64,000 nt of DNA from NCBI RefSeq assembly GCF_963921235.1, contig NC_086109.1:33358001-33422000 (forward strand). The letters run 5' to 3'. Below the pieces are notes generated by a model, which saw only the letters and a list, made by a program, of their open reading frames with translations, searched no databases and was not told the origin of the DNA. A program made the position numbers and the translations under genes. This document shows positions 9,950 to 23,662 of the stretch, piece after piece; position 1 is the first letter of the stretch; each line of letters begins with the position of its first letter. The DNA is from Mobula hypostoma. Taxonomy: Eukaryota.

Positions 9950-12470
9950 CAAACCTAGGAAATAAAGGCTGTCCAATATATTGATAAGAAATGAGAAAAC
10001 TAAATTAGTTAGTGATAGACATTAGAGAAAAAGCTTCTCTGAGTTTGTAGATAGGAACACTGAAATCACTTTGAACTCTGTATATTGAGACAGGCAAAAT
10101 TGTGTTGGGGAATAAGGAAATGCCACAGAAATGGAACTAATATATTTTGTCTCAGGCTGTATCAAAGAAAGCATAAAATATCTGATGAACAATAGATTTT
10201 GTAGGAGGAGCTGTAAGAACTTGCCATTAGTACCAAAATAATATTATAGAAATGAATGACTCAAACTACCACTAAATCCCAGAACCTGCAGAGGAGGCTC
10301 TAGGGGCAGTGACTCTATCAAATATTGCTGTGATGATTGTACGTTCTAGTATCAATTGTTTGGCGACAATAAAGTGTGAAGTATTATCTGTCACCTTACA
10401 AAACTTTAGAGCCCAGAGAGGTTTTTGCAGATTGGAAGGCAGCAAATGTAACCGCACTTTTTAAGAAAGGGGAAGAGGGAAAATTGGAAGCTACAGACAT
10501 GTGAGTTTGGCATCAACAACAGAGAAAGTACATGAGGTATTGTTGGCAGGGAACTTAATCAGTTTAGTAAGAGTCGACATGGATGAATGGAAGGGAAATC
10601 TCATGTGGCAAATCCTATTTATTTGAGGTTGTAACCTGTATCAGAAGAGTGGGAGAACCAGCAGATATGCTGAACTTGTACTTACTGAAGACTTTCACAG
10701 AGACGCTACAAAAGTGACATTAAACAAAGTAAGAGGACAAAGAGTTGGGTGTACTGTGCTGGTGTGGATGGAGGATTGGCTAATGTTTATAAAGGAGTGT
10801 AGGGATAAGTGGGTCACTTTGGGTTAGGAGAGTGTGACTAGAGGAATATAGGAGGTATTGGTATTGAGCCCCAGAATTTTACAGTCAATATTAATAATTT
10901 GGATGATGAGACAAAATGTAATAAATCTGTACTTGCTGATGAATGGAAGCTCATTGAGGACCCAACAGACTGCTGATGCTGGAATATTGAGCAACAAGCT
11001 TGTGTTGAGCTGTGTTGATTGGTGTGTGGCTTCCAAGGAATAATATATAGATTATGTGAATAGGTGATACAAATGGATGGCAATGTTGATAAATGCAAGG
11101 ACATCCACTTTGGAATCAAAAATGTAAATGTGGAGTCCCTTCAAAATGATGGGAGATTAGTTTTGGGTGTCATACCCGAATTGCTGACCAGGACGAGGGA
11201 GATGTCCTTTTTTAAAGAAAGGGGCTTCCCTTCCTCCACTATCAACTCTGCTCTCAAACGCATCTCTCCCATTTCACGTACATCTGCTCTCACTCCATCC
11301 TCCCGCCACCCCACTAAGAATAGGGTTCCCCTGGTCCTCACCTACCACCCCACCAGCCTCCGGGTCTAACATATTATTCTGTGTAACTTCCGCCACCACC
11401 AACGAGATCCCACCACTAAGCACATCTTTCCCTTCCCCCCTCTCTGCTTTCCGCAGGGATCGCTCCCTACGTGACTCCCTTGTCCATTCGTCCCCCCCAT
11501 CCCTCCCCACTGATCTCCCTCCTGGCACTTATCCTTGTAAGCGGAACAAGTGCTACACATGCCCTTACACTTCCTCCCTTACCACCATTCAGGGCCCCAA
11601 ACAGTCCTTCCAGGTGAGGCATCACTTCACCTGTGAGTCGACTGGGGTGATATACTGCGTCCGGTGCTCCCGATGTGGCCTTTTATATATTGGCGAGACC
11701 CGATGCAGACTGGGAGACCGCTTTCCTGAACACCTACACTCTGTCCGCCATAGAAAGCAGGATCTCCCAGTGGCCACACATTTTAATTCCAGATCCCATT
11801 CCCATTCTGACATGTCTATCCACGGCCTCCTCTACTGTAAAGATGAAGCCACACTCAGGTTAGAGGAACAACACCTTATATTCCGTCTGGGTAGCCTCCA
11901 ACCTGATGGCATGAACATCGACTTCTCTAACTTCTGCTAATGCCCCACCTCCCCCTCGTACCCCATCTGTTATTTATTTTTATACACACATTCTTTCTCT
12001 CACTCTCCTTTTTCTCCCTCTGTCCCTCTGACTATACCCCTTGCCCATCCTCTGGGATTCCCCCCCCCTTGTCTTTCTCCCCGGAGCTCCTGTCCCATGA
12101 TCCTCTCATTTCCGCTTTGCCAATCACCTGTCCAGCTCTTGGCTCCATCCCTCCCCCTCCTGTCTTCTCCTATCATTTTGCATCTCCCCCTCCCCCTCCC
12201 ACTTTCAAATCTCTTACTATCTCTTCCTTCAGTTAGTCCTGACGAAGGGTCTCGGTCTGAAATGTCGACTGTACCTCTTCCTAGAGATGCTGCCTGGCCT
12301 GCTGCGTTCACCAGCAACTTTGATGTGTGTTGCTTGAATTTCCAGCATCTGCAGCATTCCTGTTGTTTGTGAAAGTTAATGTAAGTTTATGGTAAATAAT
12401 TAGAAATGCAATAAAATGCTGAAGTAATAGTAAGGTATATTGAGTGCAAGATTTAAAAACGTTGTCTTTA
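9950..12470 (+). mobile_element. Highly degraded CR1 LINE, interrupted by PLE copy 3
   Basis: Degenerate ANVT..FKKG..NYR (10440-10500), W..DWL, FTV.IN.LD and KC..IHFG motifs, matching the CR1 at 17926-19431. Confidence 0.55.
11189..12369 (+). mobile_element. Penelope-like element copy 3 (5'-truncated; thumb, GIY-YIG, 3' repeat with full tail; mutated hammerhead at 12234-12271)
   Basis: Near-identical to 7213-8355, then continues ...gaatttccagcatctgcagcattcctgttgtttg; internal stop at 11367-11369; GAAAC changed to GAAAT. Confidence 0.9.
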
Positions 12471-14258
12471 TAATTTGACTTTAATTTCTCTGTGAAATTG
12501 ACAGCTATCTCTGGGTGTTTGCATATTTGTAGCTTAATGCAGAAACCCTGAAGATGCTAAAGTGATTGACACTGACTTCACAGGCAACTCTTTTTTTATA
12601 TATGTATAGCCATCTCCTGTTTGATGCAATCCCAGAAATCACTTGCTGCAGTGAATGTCAAGTATTTGCAAACTAGGTCTGTTTCAAAAACAGGCTGAAA
12701 ATCTTCAGTTTAATTGCCTGGATTTCTCCAGTCTTTATAATATGCTAGGTCATGATTTATGCTCATGAAGCTTTACGGCTTTAAAAAGCAACTATATCTA
12801 ACGTGTATATGTTTCCATCTTCTAAAGATATTATCAATTTAAGGAATTTTAAACTGTTCCGGAGATTTATAAACTTAAGACTCTACTGGAGGTTGGAAGA
12901 AAATGGATATGGAAAACTTTTGCATACCTAAATGCTTAAATATAGTTTAATAACAGTTTGTTTCTAGTTTCCTGTCTGTATTCTTTACCTTGCATGGTTA
13001 CTTAGCCATTTTGATGGCAGCACACTGTGCACCAAAAAAAAACACTTTGATTGATTCCACCAAAAAAAACACTTTGAATTAATGCTTCACAACATTGGGG
13101 AAGCACTTTCCACAGGTTGGTAATCCTTGAGATGAATGCAGTGAAAATTGCACTGATGCAGGATATTTTTCTGCGTACCTAGGACCCTGAGTTACATTCT
13201 CATGTATATAATGCCCCTACCAAGCTTGACATTGCTGAATTATATATTTTTTTCCCTAATTCTTAATCAAAGTTAATGTATTATTGTTAGGTTGCCTGCC
13301 CTCTAGGTTTTTACTAATAATAGGTGGGAAGTGATATGGAAGCTAACAGAAAATGTTACACACATTCAACAGGTCAGAAAGCACCTGTTTATGTAGAGCA
13401 AATTTTAATGTTTCAGGTTGGTTTCTTTTGTCTCTACTCTAATGTCTTGTATTTCATATCGATTTGCCATGCATGTCAAGGAAGCTCGGTGGAGGATCTA
13501 GTAAGCGAAGGGTGTTGTAGTACACATAACAAAGCAATAATTTTAGTGGTTATAAGTAGTTTTCTGTCATTCAGAAAGAACTTAAGAAGGGCATTCTGAT
13601 AGGGTGGCAGCAATTGTTGAATTTGAATTTGAATTGAAACTGGTCTTTGGAAGAATGTTGATCAATAACAGTTGTAAGTGAATTTGTTTTTATATTGCAG
13701 GTAAAGACATTTACAACATTGCGCACACATACACAGCTGTAATAATGAGTCATTGAATGTTTTCTGGGAAGTGCTCAAGTGTCTTGAACAGTTTCCTTTT
13801 GTCTACGATTAATTCATTCCAACTTGCGTACTTTGATAATGTGAGGGCATCATGGTCCACTTTTCTCCGTAGGATATGTAGGCATATAACTACATAAAAC
13901 TTTTAACAGAATAGATTGTCACTCCTTTAATTGTTTTGGAATTTGTAAACCATTTCTCTGGGTCCAAAAGACACCTAATTTTGAGTTATTTTTATGAATT
14001 TCATGTCCATCAATGTTGATTATACTCATACATGCTTAATAAGCAAGGAGAGAACTAATTTTAATTAAAAAAATATAAAATATAAAATATTGTGCAGGGA
14101 AATATCCATTCTTATTTTATGCAGAAAATGTTACGCTCTTCAAATGCCTAAGTATATATTTTTTGAGTCAGATAGCAGAAGTCCGTTGTATTATCTTGCA
14201 GCTACTTTGTTTATGTTGTGTCACTGATGGGTGTACTGAGGTCCACATGAGGTATAAT

Positions 14259-15102
14259 TGTTATGTACCCCGTAACTGGGTTGCCAAACCAGCAGAAATG
14301 GACCACTTAGTTGGAGTCTGGATTACTGGAACTAATAAAGTTTTATTAAAGAAATAAGCAACACAGTACTCTAATCAAAAGGATATAAATGCAACAGTTT
14401 AGCAATGATAAAACACACGTACACAGAACTAGGATAATAGGATCAATCAAGCTCTATCGCAGTCTACGGGTAAATGATCAGTTTCAAGTGACGCAAAGTT
14501 CAGTTCAATTTAGTTCAGTTCAGTTCGCAGTAATCGCTGTTGTGCTGTCAGGGCGGGGAGAAGAGAGAGAGCGAAAGCGAATGAATATTCAAAACGGATT
14601 CCAAACAGACCTTCGATATTCCTCGCAGTTAGCTTTCGGGCGAGCCCTTTGTAATGTCTTCTGAGGTCACCGACTGTGACCCCTCCATTCCAGATACGAT
14701 CGTTCTTCTGCGGTGAACCCGGCACCCAGGCAAGGGCGGACGCACACACCGGGTTCCTGCCCGACCGTATCTTTCCACCCTGTGCGTCTATGGCTGGTCC
14801 CGCGACCAGACCTCCAAAACTCGCACCAACTTGTGGGGGCACACCGCTTCCAGGGTCTCGTTACCTCGTGGTGTCGTGTGTCTGTTGCCTTAGCAAACCT
14901 GTCCCTTTTTATCCCCCTGCTGGAGTATCGCCTGTCCATCAAACTTCAAACAGTTCAGGGTTCAAAGCCACCGGTCTCTGACAATACTTGGAACTGTGTC
15001 TCCTTTTCGTTAATCCCTCTCGTCTCTCATTAACATTTCTGAATGTTCCCCCATTGTCCTCTTATCGGCATCAATCTTCTGATAATTTGGTCTGTCGTCA
15101 CA
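14259..15102 (-). mobile_element. Solo LTR (Gypsy-like), ~844 bp
   Basis: TG...CA termini with imperfect inverted ends (tgttatg/cgtcaca); 4-bp flanks taat/caat; TTTATT near the left end (AATAAA on minus); CpG-rich relative to flanks. Confidence 0.7.
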
Positions 15103-15956
15103 CAATGCATCATTTATATTTTCAGTGGAAAGCTCCTGATGAGAAAGGATAACATTTTATAATAGTTCTGCTGAGGAATCTATAGCATTGGGTGTGATTT
15201 CTGTTTGATTTGAGAACGCATGCTTTTCTGCTAATGATGTCCCATTGGCAGATAAGGATGGTTTTTTTTCCCCCTGGTGATTTCAGCTGTCTTGAGAGTA
15301 GCTTTTATAATTCCATTTAAAACTCAGTTGATAACTTTAATAGAAAAAAATCAAATGTATCACTATATTTTATTCTGGAAAATGCTATATAAGAAGCCAT
15401 TCTTATTTAGAAAAATTTGTGATTCGGAAGAGTTGCTTCAATTACATGAATTCATTGCATATTTGAACTTCTGATGTTATTTATACATTTAAAAAAGTTA
15501 AATGATATGCTCTGAGTAAGAATGTATTGTCAAAGACATTTATGTACACTTAGGAATTGGATAGGTTAGCGCTTTCCTTTAATGCTCAAATCACACAGAC
15601 GTTTTTAATCTAAGTAAATATTTTCAGCTGAAATTGGACCTGCTACTTGTGCTTATATTAACAAGTCTGATCTTGTGTCAGACTTGGTCCTAATGTTCCC
15701 AGTTTTTTCCCAACATCTGAGGTCCCTTGTCTCCCTTACACCTAGTGTTATTGCTATTTGTACAATGCTTTTATGCCCTTGCAGGTTTAAACAGGTACTT
15801 TTGGATGCAAGCTACAACTTTCATTGAACAGTCAAAGTGCAATTAGCATTAAGTCTTGAACGCTAAGGAACTCTCTGATAGTGCCTTTCTCAAGGAGCCT
15901 ATTGTTCCCAATCCAGGCAAAGTGACCCTCTCCACTCACCATTCAAAGTTTTCATA

Positions 15957-16504
15957 CACTCAGTGGCCACTTTATTAGTTATCTCTTGTACCTAACAAAG
16001 TGGCCACAGAAATATGTTCAAGGTCTTCTGCTTCTGTAGCCCATCCACTCTAAGGTTCGACATGTGCATTCAGAGATGCTCTTCTGCACACCACCGTTGG
16101 AACACTTGGTTGTTTGAGTTACAGTCAGCTTGAACCAGTCTGGCCATCCTCCTCTATCCTCTCTCATTAACAAGGCATTTTCACCCACAGAACTGCTGCT
16201 CACTGGATTATTTTTGGTTCTTTGCACCATTCTCTGTAAAGACTGTTAATGCATGAAAATCCCAGGAGATCAGCAGTTTCTGAGATACTCAGACCGCCCT
16301 GACTGGCATCATCAATCATTCCACGGTCAAAGTCACTTAAATCACCTTTCTTCCCCATTCTGATGTTTGGTCTTAACAACTACTAAACCTTTTGACCATG
16401 TCTGCATGGTTTTATGCACTGAGTTGATACCACGTGATTGCCTGATTAGACATTTACATTAACGTGTAGTGTACAGGTGTACCTAATAAAGTGACCACAG
16501 AGTG
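15957..16504 (-). mobile_element. Non-autonomous Tc1/mariner element with transposase HTH remnant
   Basis: TIRs cactcagtggccactttattag / ctaataaagtgaccacagagtg flanked by TA; ORF 16018-16230 (VTQTT...SISECT.RTLEWMGYRSRRP) resembles a Tc1 N-terminus. Confidence 0.8.
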
Positions 16505-17772
16505 TAGTTCATCAGTAATGAGGCCAAAGAGCCCACACAGCATGCAATAATTGCTCACATCCTGTTTTACAGCACCATCTGCACTGCACATAACAAATCC
16601 TGAATGAATCCCTGACTAGTTACTGAAATGGCTTGTTTAGTTATTGTCAGCAGTATGTACCTTACACTCATGAATCTAGTGAGGGCGTGAAATTTATTCC
16701 TTTGTTCCTCATGCGAGTGGGATTTTGGAACAGACAGCTGAAGCCCCTATCTCCACCATGATAACCGTTGAGACTGCTGCCATGGAGAGTATTCACCTCT
16801 CAGATCAGCAGATAGCAACACGTCTGTAGCTGTGCTAATTTGGGTGAATCCTGTCGGGGCCATTTACTTTTGAGTATAAACCCACCATAGTTTGAAAAGT
16901 CTTTTCGGCTAATCTCATGATATTCGAAGGGAAAACCAATTAGCTATTGTGCTTTATGCAGTACCTAAAACATGTGGACCAATTTTGAGATCATAGTTTG
17001 TTTTGAGAAAACACATTTGTAAATAGTAAATGCACTATTTCTGCTGGAACCATTTTTTAAAATAATATTTGGTTTGTTTTTGTTTTGTTAAAGAGAGGGC
17101 CAACTGATGCATACCTTTGGAATTTCATGGCTGTTTGCCTGACACCTCCAGTTTGATATCTGGCAAAGCTTAACATTCCAAATCTCTGACCAGCAAGAGT
17201 GATTAACTTCTTTGTTCGTTCCTACTTTAAGCAGTTGGTAAAACTGCTCTTCCTGATCCACCATCTCTTACTTTGTTTGCTTGTGCATGAACCACAAGCC
17301 ACAGTGGAATCTGTGACCTTAGTGACTAATGTCAGGCTGAGAAAAGAGTTGAATTTAAATTTATCTTATTCCAAGCATTTGAAAGATCCTGAAAAGTAAA
17401 GTTGTCAGTTGCAAACTCCATGCTGAGGAAGACTGTTCTTTTCGTTTTGAATAATGTCCTTTCTATTATATTTGCTCAGCTTTAAAATTTATTGTGTTGA
17501 AGAGATGAGGCATTTTTTAAATTCCACTTTATAATCTCTGATTCCTCAGGAAAAATTATTTTGCTTCACGGAAAATAAAATTGCTGTATATTTAAAATTA
17601 ATTTTTAGGATCTGAGTATCACTAGTAAATCCAGAATTTTTGCCCATCCCTAATTGCCATGAGACAATTATGGTGAATGACTGCCTTGAAATGCTTCAGT
17701 CCTTCTGATCAGAATCAGTATGCAGTTTAATATCACTGGCATATGTCGTGAAATTTGTTGTCTTTGCAGCAG

Positions 17773-19594
17773 TCAAAGTGAAGGATAACCCAAAGAGCTT
17801 TTACAGGTATATTAAGAGCAAAAGGATTGTAAGGGATAAAATTGGTCCTCTTGAAGATCAGAGTGGTCGGCTATGTGCGGAACCAAAGGAAATGGGGGAG
17901 ATCTTAAATAGGTTTTTTTCGGTCTGTGTTTACGAAGGAAACTGGCATGAAGTCTATGGAATTAAGGGAAACAAGTAGTGAGATCATGGAAACTGTACAG
18001 ATCGAAAAGGAAGAGGTCCTTGCTGTCTTGAGGAAAATTAAAGTGGATAAATCCCCGGGACCTGACAGGGTGTTCCCTCGGACCTTGAAGGAGACTAGTG
18101 TTGAAATTGCAGGGGCCCTGGCTGAAATATTTAAAACGTCGCTGTCTACGGGTGAGGTGCCGGAGGATTGGAGAGTGGCTCTTGTTGTTCCGTTGTTTAA
18201 AAAAGGATCAAAAAGTAACCCGGGAAATTATAGGCCAGTAAGTTTAACGTCGGTAGTAGGTAAGTTATTGGAGGGAGTACTAAGAGAGAGAATCTACAAG
18301 CATTTGGATAGACAGGGACTTATTAGGGAGAGTCAACATGGCTTTGTGCGTGGTAGGTCATGTTTGACCAATCTATTGGAGTTTTTCGAGGAGGTTACCA
18401 GGAAAGTGGATGAAGGGAAGGCAGTGGATATTGTCTACATGGACTTCAGTAAGACCTTTGACAAGGTCCCGCATGGGAGGTTAGTTAGGAAAATTCAGTC
18501 GCTAGGTATACATGGAGAGGTGGTAAATTGGATTAGACATTGGCTCGATGGAAGAAGCCAGAGAGTGGTGGTAGAGAATTGCTTCTCTGAGTGGAGGCCT
18601 GTGACTAGTGGTGTGCCACAGGAATCAGTGCTGGGTCCATTGTTATTTGTCATCTATATCAATGATCTGGATGATAATGTGGTAAATTGGATCAGCAAGT
18701 TTGCCGATGATACAAAGATTGGAGGTGTAGTAGACAGTGAGGAAGGTTTTCAGAGCCTGCAGAGGGACTTGGACCAGCTGGAAAAATGGGCTAAAAAATG
18801 GCAGATGGAGTTTAATACTGACAAGTGTGAGGTATTGCACGTTGGAAGGACAAACCAACGTAGAACATACAGGGTTAATGGTAAGGCACTGGAACAGAGA
18901 GATCTGGGAATACAGATACAAAATTCCCTAAAAGTGGTGTCACAGGTAGATAGGGTTGTAAAGAGAGCTTTTGGTACATTGGCCTTTATTAATCAAAGTA
19001 TTGAGTATAAGAGCTGGAATGTTATGATGAGGTTGTATAAGGCATTGGTGAGGCTGAATCTGGAGTATTGTGTTCAGTTTTGGTCAGCAAATTACAGGAA
19101 GGATATAAATAAGGTTGAAAGAGTGCAGAGAAGGTTTACAAGGATGTTGCCAGGACTTGAGAAACTCAGTTACAGAGAAGGGTTGAATAGGTTAGGACTT
19201 TATTCCCTGGAGCGTAGAAGAATGAGGGGAGATTTGATAGAGGTATATAAAATTATGATGGGTATAGATAGAGTGAATGCAAGCAGGCTTTTTCCACTGA
19301 GGCAAGAGGAGAAAAAAACCAGAGGACATGGGTTAAGGGTGAGGGGGGAAAAGTTTAAAGGGAACATTGGGGGGGCTTCTTCACACAGAGAGTGGTGGGA
19401 GTATGGAATGAGCTGCCAGACGAGGTGGTAAAGGCGGATTCTTTTTTAACATTTAAGAATAAATTGGACAGATACATGGATGGGAGGTGTATGGAGGGAT
19501 ATGGTCCATGTGCAGGTCAGTGGGACTAGGCAGAAAATGGTTCGGCACAGCCAAGAAGGGCCAAAAGGCCTGTTTCTGTGCTGTAGTTTCTATG
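17773..19594 (+). mobile_element. 5'-truncated CR1 LINE
   Basis: Contains the CR1 ORF2 RT region and a 3' end ...ggcctgtttctgtgctgtagtttctatg; inserted inside a Rex1 3' UTR. Confidence 0.92.
17926..19431 (+). pseudogene. CR1 ORF2 reverse transcriptase (truncated; PQGS changed to PQES, small deletion, terminal frameshift)
   Basis: KSPGPD, NYRPVSLTS, QHGF..GRSCLTNL, YMDFSKTFDKVPH, GVPQESVLGP, KFADDTK, LEYCVQFW, LERRRMRGDLIE. Confidence 0.88.
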
Positions 19595-20362
19595 GTACAA
19601 TGCAATACATATAATACAAAACAACCTGTGAATTACAATAAATTGTGTGTATGTGTATATAAAAAAATTAAAGTAGTGCAAAAATAGAAATTTAAAAAAG
19701 TAGTGACGTAATGTTCATGAGTTCACTATCCATTTAGAAATCTGATGGCAGAGGAGAAGAAACTGTTCCTGAATCAATTAGTATCTGACTTTAGGCTTCC
19801 GTACCTTCTTCCTGATGGTAGCAATGAGAACAAGACAAGACCCCGGTGATGGGGGTCCTTAACGATGGATGCCACCTTTTTGAGGCATTGTTCCTTAAAG
19901 ATGTCCTGGATACCATGGAGGCTAGTGTCCATGATGGAGCTGACTAAGTTTACAACTCTCCGCAGCTTGTGTTGGGTTCAGGTTAGATCCTCAGAGATAC
20001 TGACACACAAGAACTTTAAATTACTCATTCTTTCCACTTCTGATACCTGTGTGAGACTGGTGTGTGTTCCATTGTCTTACCCTTTCTGAAGTCCACACTC
20101 AGTTCTTTGGTCTTATTGACATTGAGTGCAAGGTTGATTCTGTGACACCACTCCACTAGTTGACATAGCTCACTCCTGTATGCCTTCTTGTCACCATCTG
20201 AGATTCTACCAACAATGTTTGTATCATCAGCACATTTATAGATGGTATTTGAGCTGTGCCTAGCCACACAGTCATGTGTATATACAGAGTAGAGTAGTGG
20301 GCTAAGCACACACCCCTGAGGTGCACCAGTGTTGATAGTCAGCGAGGAGGAGATGTTATCAC

Positions 20363-22471
20363 CAACCTGGCACTCAACATCAGTAAAACGAAAGAGCTGA
20401 TTGTGGACTTCAGGAAGGGTAAGTCGAAGGAACACATACCAATCCTTAATAGAGGGATCAGAGTTGAGAGAGTGAACACTTTCAAGTTCCTGGGTATCAA
20501 GTTCTCTGAGGATCTAACCTGGTCCCAACATATCGATGCAGTTATAAAGAAGGTAAGACAGTGGCTATACTTAATTATACTTTATACTTTATTGTCACCA
20601 AACAATTGGTACTAGGACGTACAATCATCACAGCGATATTTGAATCTGCGCTTCACACTCCCTGAATTACAAATATTAAATATTAAAAATAGTTAAAATT
20701 AGTAAATATTAAAAATTTAAATTATAAATCATAAATAGAAAATAGAAAAATGGGAAGTAAGGTAGTGCAAAAAAACCGAGAGGCTGGTCCAGATATTTGG
20801 AGGGTACGGCCCAGATCCGGGTCAGGATCCGTTCAGCAGTAGCTGTTCCCAAATCTGGCCGTACGAGTCTTCAAGCTCCTGAACCTTCGCCCGGAGGGAA
20901 GAGGGATGAAAAGTGTGTTGGCTGGGTGGGTCGTGTCCTTGATTATCCTGGCAGCACTGCTCCCGCAGCGTGCGGTATAAAGTGAGTCCACGGATGGAAG
21001 ATTGGTTTGTGTGATGTGCTGCACCGTGTTCGCGATCTTTTGCAGCTTCTTTTGGTCTTGGACAGGAGAACTTCCATACCAGAATGCTTTCTGCAGTGCA
21101 TCTATAAAAATTAGTGAGGGTTTTAGGGGACAGGCCAAATTTCTTTAGTTTCCTCAGGAAGCAAAGGCGCTGGTGGGCCTTCTTGGCAGTGAACTCTGCT
21201 TGGTTGGACCAAATCAGGTTATTTGTGATACTGACCCTGAGGAACTTAAAGCTTTTGACCTGTTCCACTTGCGCACCACCGATGTAAATTGGGTCGTGCG
21301 GTCCGCTACTCCTTCTGAAGTCAGCAACCAATTCCTTCGTCTTGCAGACATTGAGGGATAGGTTATTGTCTTCGCAGCATGCCACCAGGTTCTTAATTTC
21401 CTCTCTGTAGTCAAACTCATCATTACCCGAGATACGGTCTACAATTGTGTCATCAGCAAACTTATGTATTGAGTTTGATGGAAACTTGGCTACACAATCA
21501 TGGGTGTACAGTGAGTACAGCAGGGGGCTGAGTACACAGCCTTGTGGGGCACTGGTGCTCAGAGTGACTGTGGAGGAGAGCTTGTCCCCTATCTTTACAG
21601 CCTGGGTCCTGGCTGTGAGGAAGTTGAAGATCCAGCTGCAGATCTGAGTGCTAAGGCCCAGGTTCCGGAGCTTAGGAATCAGTTTATTTGGAATGATGGT
21701 ATTAAAGGCAGAGCTGTAGTCATTGAAAAGGAGCCTTACGTATGCGTCTTTATTCTCCAGGTGTTCTAAGGAGGACTGTAGGGCTAGAGGGATGGCATCT
21801 GCCGTTGACTGGTAGGCTGTGGTTGAGGTGTGCCATAACCAATCTCTCGAAGCACTTCATAGCAATTGATGTCAGAGCCACAGGTCAATTAAGAGTTTGA
21901 AGAGATTTGGGATGTCAACAAATACATTCAAAAACTTCTATAGATGTACTGTGGAGAGCATTCTGACAGGCTGCATCATTGTCTGGTATTGGAGGGGGGT
22001 GGGGCTACTGCACAGGACCAAAAGAAGCTGCAAAGGGTTGTAAATTTAGGTGGCTCCATCTTGAGTACTAGCCTACAAAGTACCCAGGACATCTTCAAGG
22101 AGCAGTGTCTCAGAAAGGCAGCGTCCATTATTAAGGACCTCCAGCACCCAGGGCATGCCCTTTTCTCACTGTTACCATCAGGTAGGAGGTACAGAAGCCT
22201 GAAGACACACACTCAGAGATTCAGGAACAGCTTCTTCCCCTCTGCCATCCAATTCCTACATGGACATTGAACCCTTGGACATTACCTCACTTTTTTATTT
22301 TATATTTTTTTCTGTTTTTTGCACAATTTTTTGATCTATTCAATATACATATATTGTAATTGATTTATTATTTTTAGTTTTTTCCTTCTATATTATGTAT
22401 TGCATTGAACTGCTGCTGAGTTAACAAATTTCATGACCCATGCCAGTGATAATAAACCTGATTCTGATTCT
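20363..22471 (+). mobile_element. Rex1/Babar LINE 3' fragment (20363-20574 and 21887-22471), hosting a nested antisense Rex1
   Basis: FKFLG..SEDLTWS..QWLY continues as KRFG..FY..ESIL..FRNSFFPSAI; tail aataaacctgattctgattct. Confidence 0.75.
20575..21886 (-). mobile_element. Rex1/Babar LINE fragment, second subfamily, nested
   Basis: Minus-strand frames give [36 protein letters not shown] and [10 protein letters not shown]; interrupts the plus-strand copy at aatta/aatta. Confidence 0.75.
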
Positions 22472-22604
22472 TTAACTCACCATATACAAGTACATGATGA
22501 TGAATGAAAGGGACAGTTTACACTGATCTTAATCCAATACTCATCCCATTTTAATTTCCCCCCACATTTCTATCAATTCCCTACAGATTCTACCACTCAC
22601 TACC

Positions 22605-23313
22605 CACTGGTGGAGAATCTCACCTGGTCCCTCAACACCAGCTCCATAGCAAAGAAAGCCCAGCAGCGTCTCTACTTTCTGCGAAGGCTGAGAAAAGTCC
22701 ATCTCCCACCCCCTATCCTCACCACATTCTACAGAGGTTATATTGAGAGCATCCTGAGCAGCTGTATCACTGCCTGGTTTGGAAATTGCACCATCTCCGA
22801 TTGCAAGACCCTGCAGCGGATAGTGAGGTCAGCTAAGAAGATCATCGGAGTCTCTCTTCCCGCCATCACAGACATTTACACCACACGCTGCATCCACAAA
22901 GCAAACAGCATTATGAAGGACCCCACGCACCCCTCATATAAACTCCTCTTCCTCCTGCCATCTGGCAAAAGGCACCAAAGTATTTGGGTTGTCGCGACCA
23001 GACTATGTAACAGTTTCTTCTCTGAAGCCATCAGACTCCTCAATACCCAGAGCCTGGACTGACACCAACCTATTGCCCTCTTCTGTGCCTATTGTCTTGT
23101 TTATTATTTATTGTAATGCCTGCACTGTTTTGTGGATTTTATGCAGTCCTGGGTAGGTCTGTAATCTAGTGTAGTTTTGTGTTGTTTTTTTACATAGTTC
23201 AGTGTAGATTTTGTATTGTTCATGTAGCACCATGGTCCTGAAAAACGTTGTCTCGTTTTTACTGTGTACTGTACCAGCAGTTATGGTTGAAATGACAATA
23301 AAAAGTAACTTGA
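22605..23313 (+). mobile_element. Rex1/Babar LINE 3' end, inserted into a minus-strand V-SINE-like element (~22540-22604, 23314-23430)
   Basis: ORF 22610-23062: KKAQQRLYFLRRLRK..FYRGYIESIL..LPSGK..NSFF; 3' UTR ends gacaataaaaagtaacttgact. Confidence 0.8.
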
Positions 23314-23582
23314 CTAAGGGCAATTTACAGTTGTAAGTTAACCTACCAACCTGCATGTTTTTTGGAATATGAGGGAAAACTGAAGTACCCCCAGTAAACC
23401 CACATGGTCACAGGGTGTACATATATACAGAACACAGAGTACATCTAATGGGAAGAGGTTCACTGACCATAAAACATCTAATGCTCTCTTGCTCCCAGTG
23501 AGCATTTGGCAGATTTATTCAAATAAGATTATACGCCTGGGTTTACCATTGCTTCAGAGTACAGTACTTTCAAAATTGAGAT

Positions 23583-23662
23583 CTGATGAAGGGCCCGGCC
23601 TGAAACGTCAGCTGCGTATTCCCCTCCATAGATGTTGTCTGACTTGCTGAATTGTTTGTGTT
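23583..23662 (+). mobile_element. Small PLE 3'-repeat fragment starting at a hammerhead core
   Basis: CTGATGAagggcccggcctGAAACGTC followed by ccctccatagatgttgtctgacttgctga; the 5' strand of stem I is missing. Confidence 0.6.

Larger units (their letters stand above)
17711..20362 (-). mobile_element. Rex1/Babar LINE 3' part (17711-17772 and 19595-20362), interrupted by CR1
   Basis: ORF 20025-20435 contains [26 protein letters not shown]; tail agaatcag at 17711. Confidence 0.75.

Noticed and set aside
17711..22471. Single two-armed inverted Rex1 insertion analogous to the PLE structures
   Set aside because: A head-to-head junction exists at ~20362, but I could not find a shared TSD; independent insertions explain it equally well.
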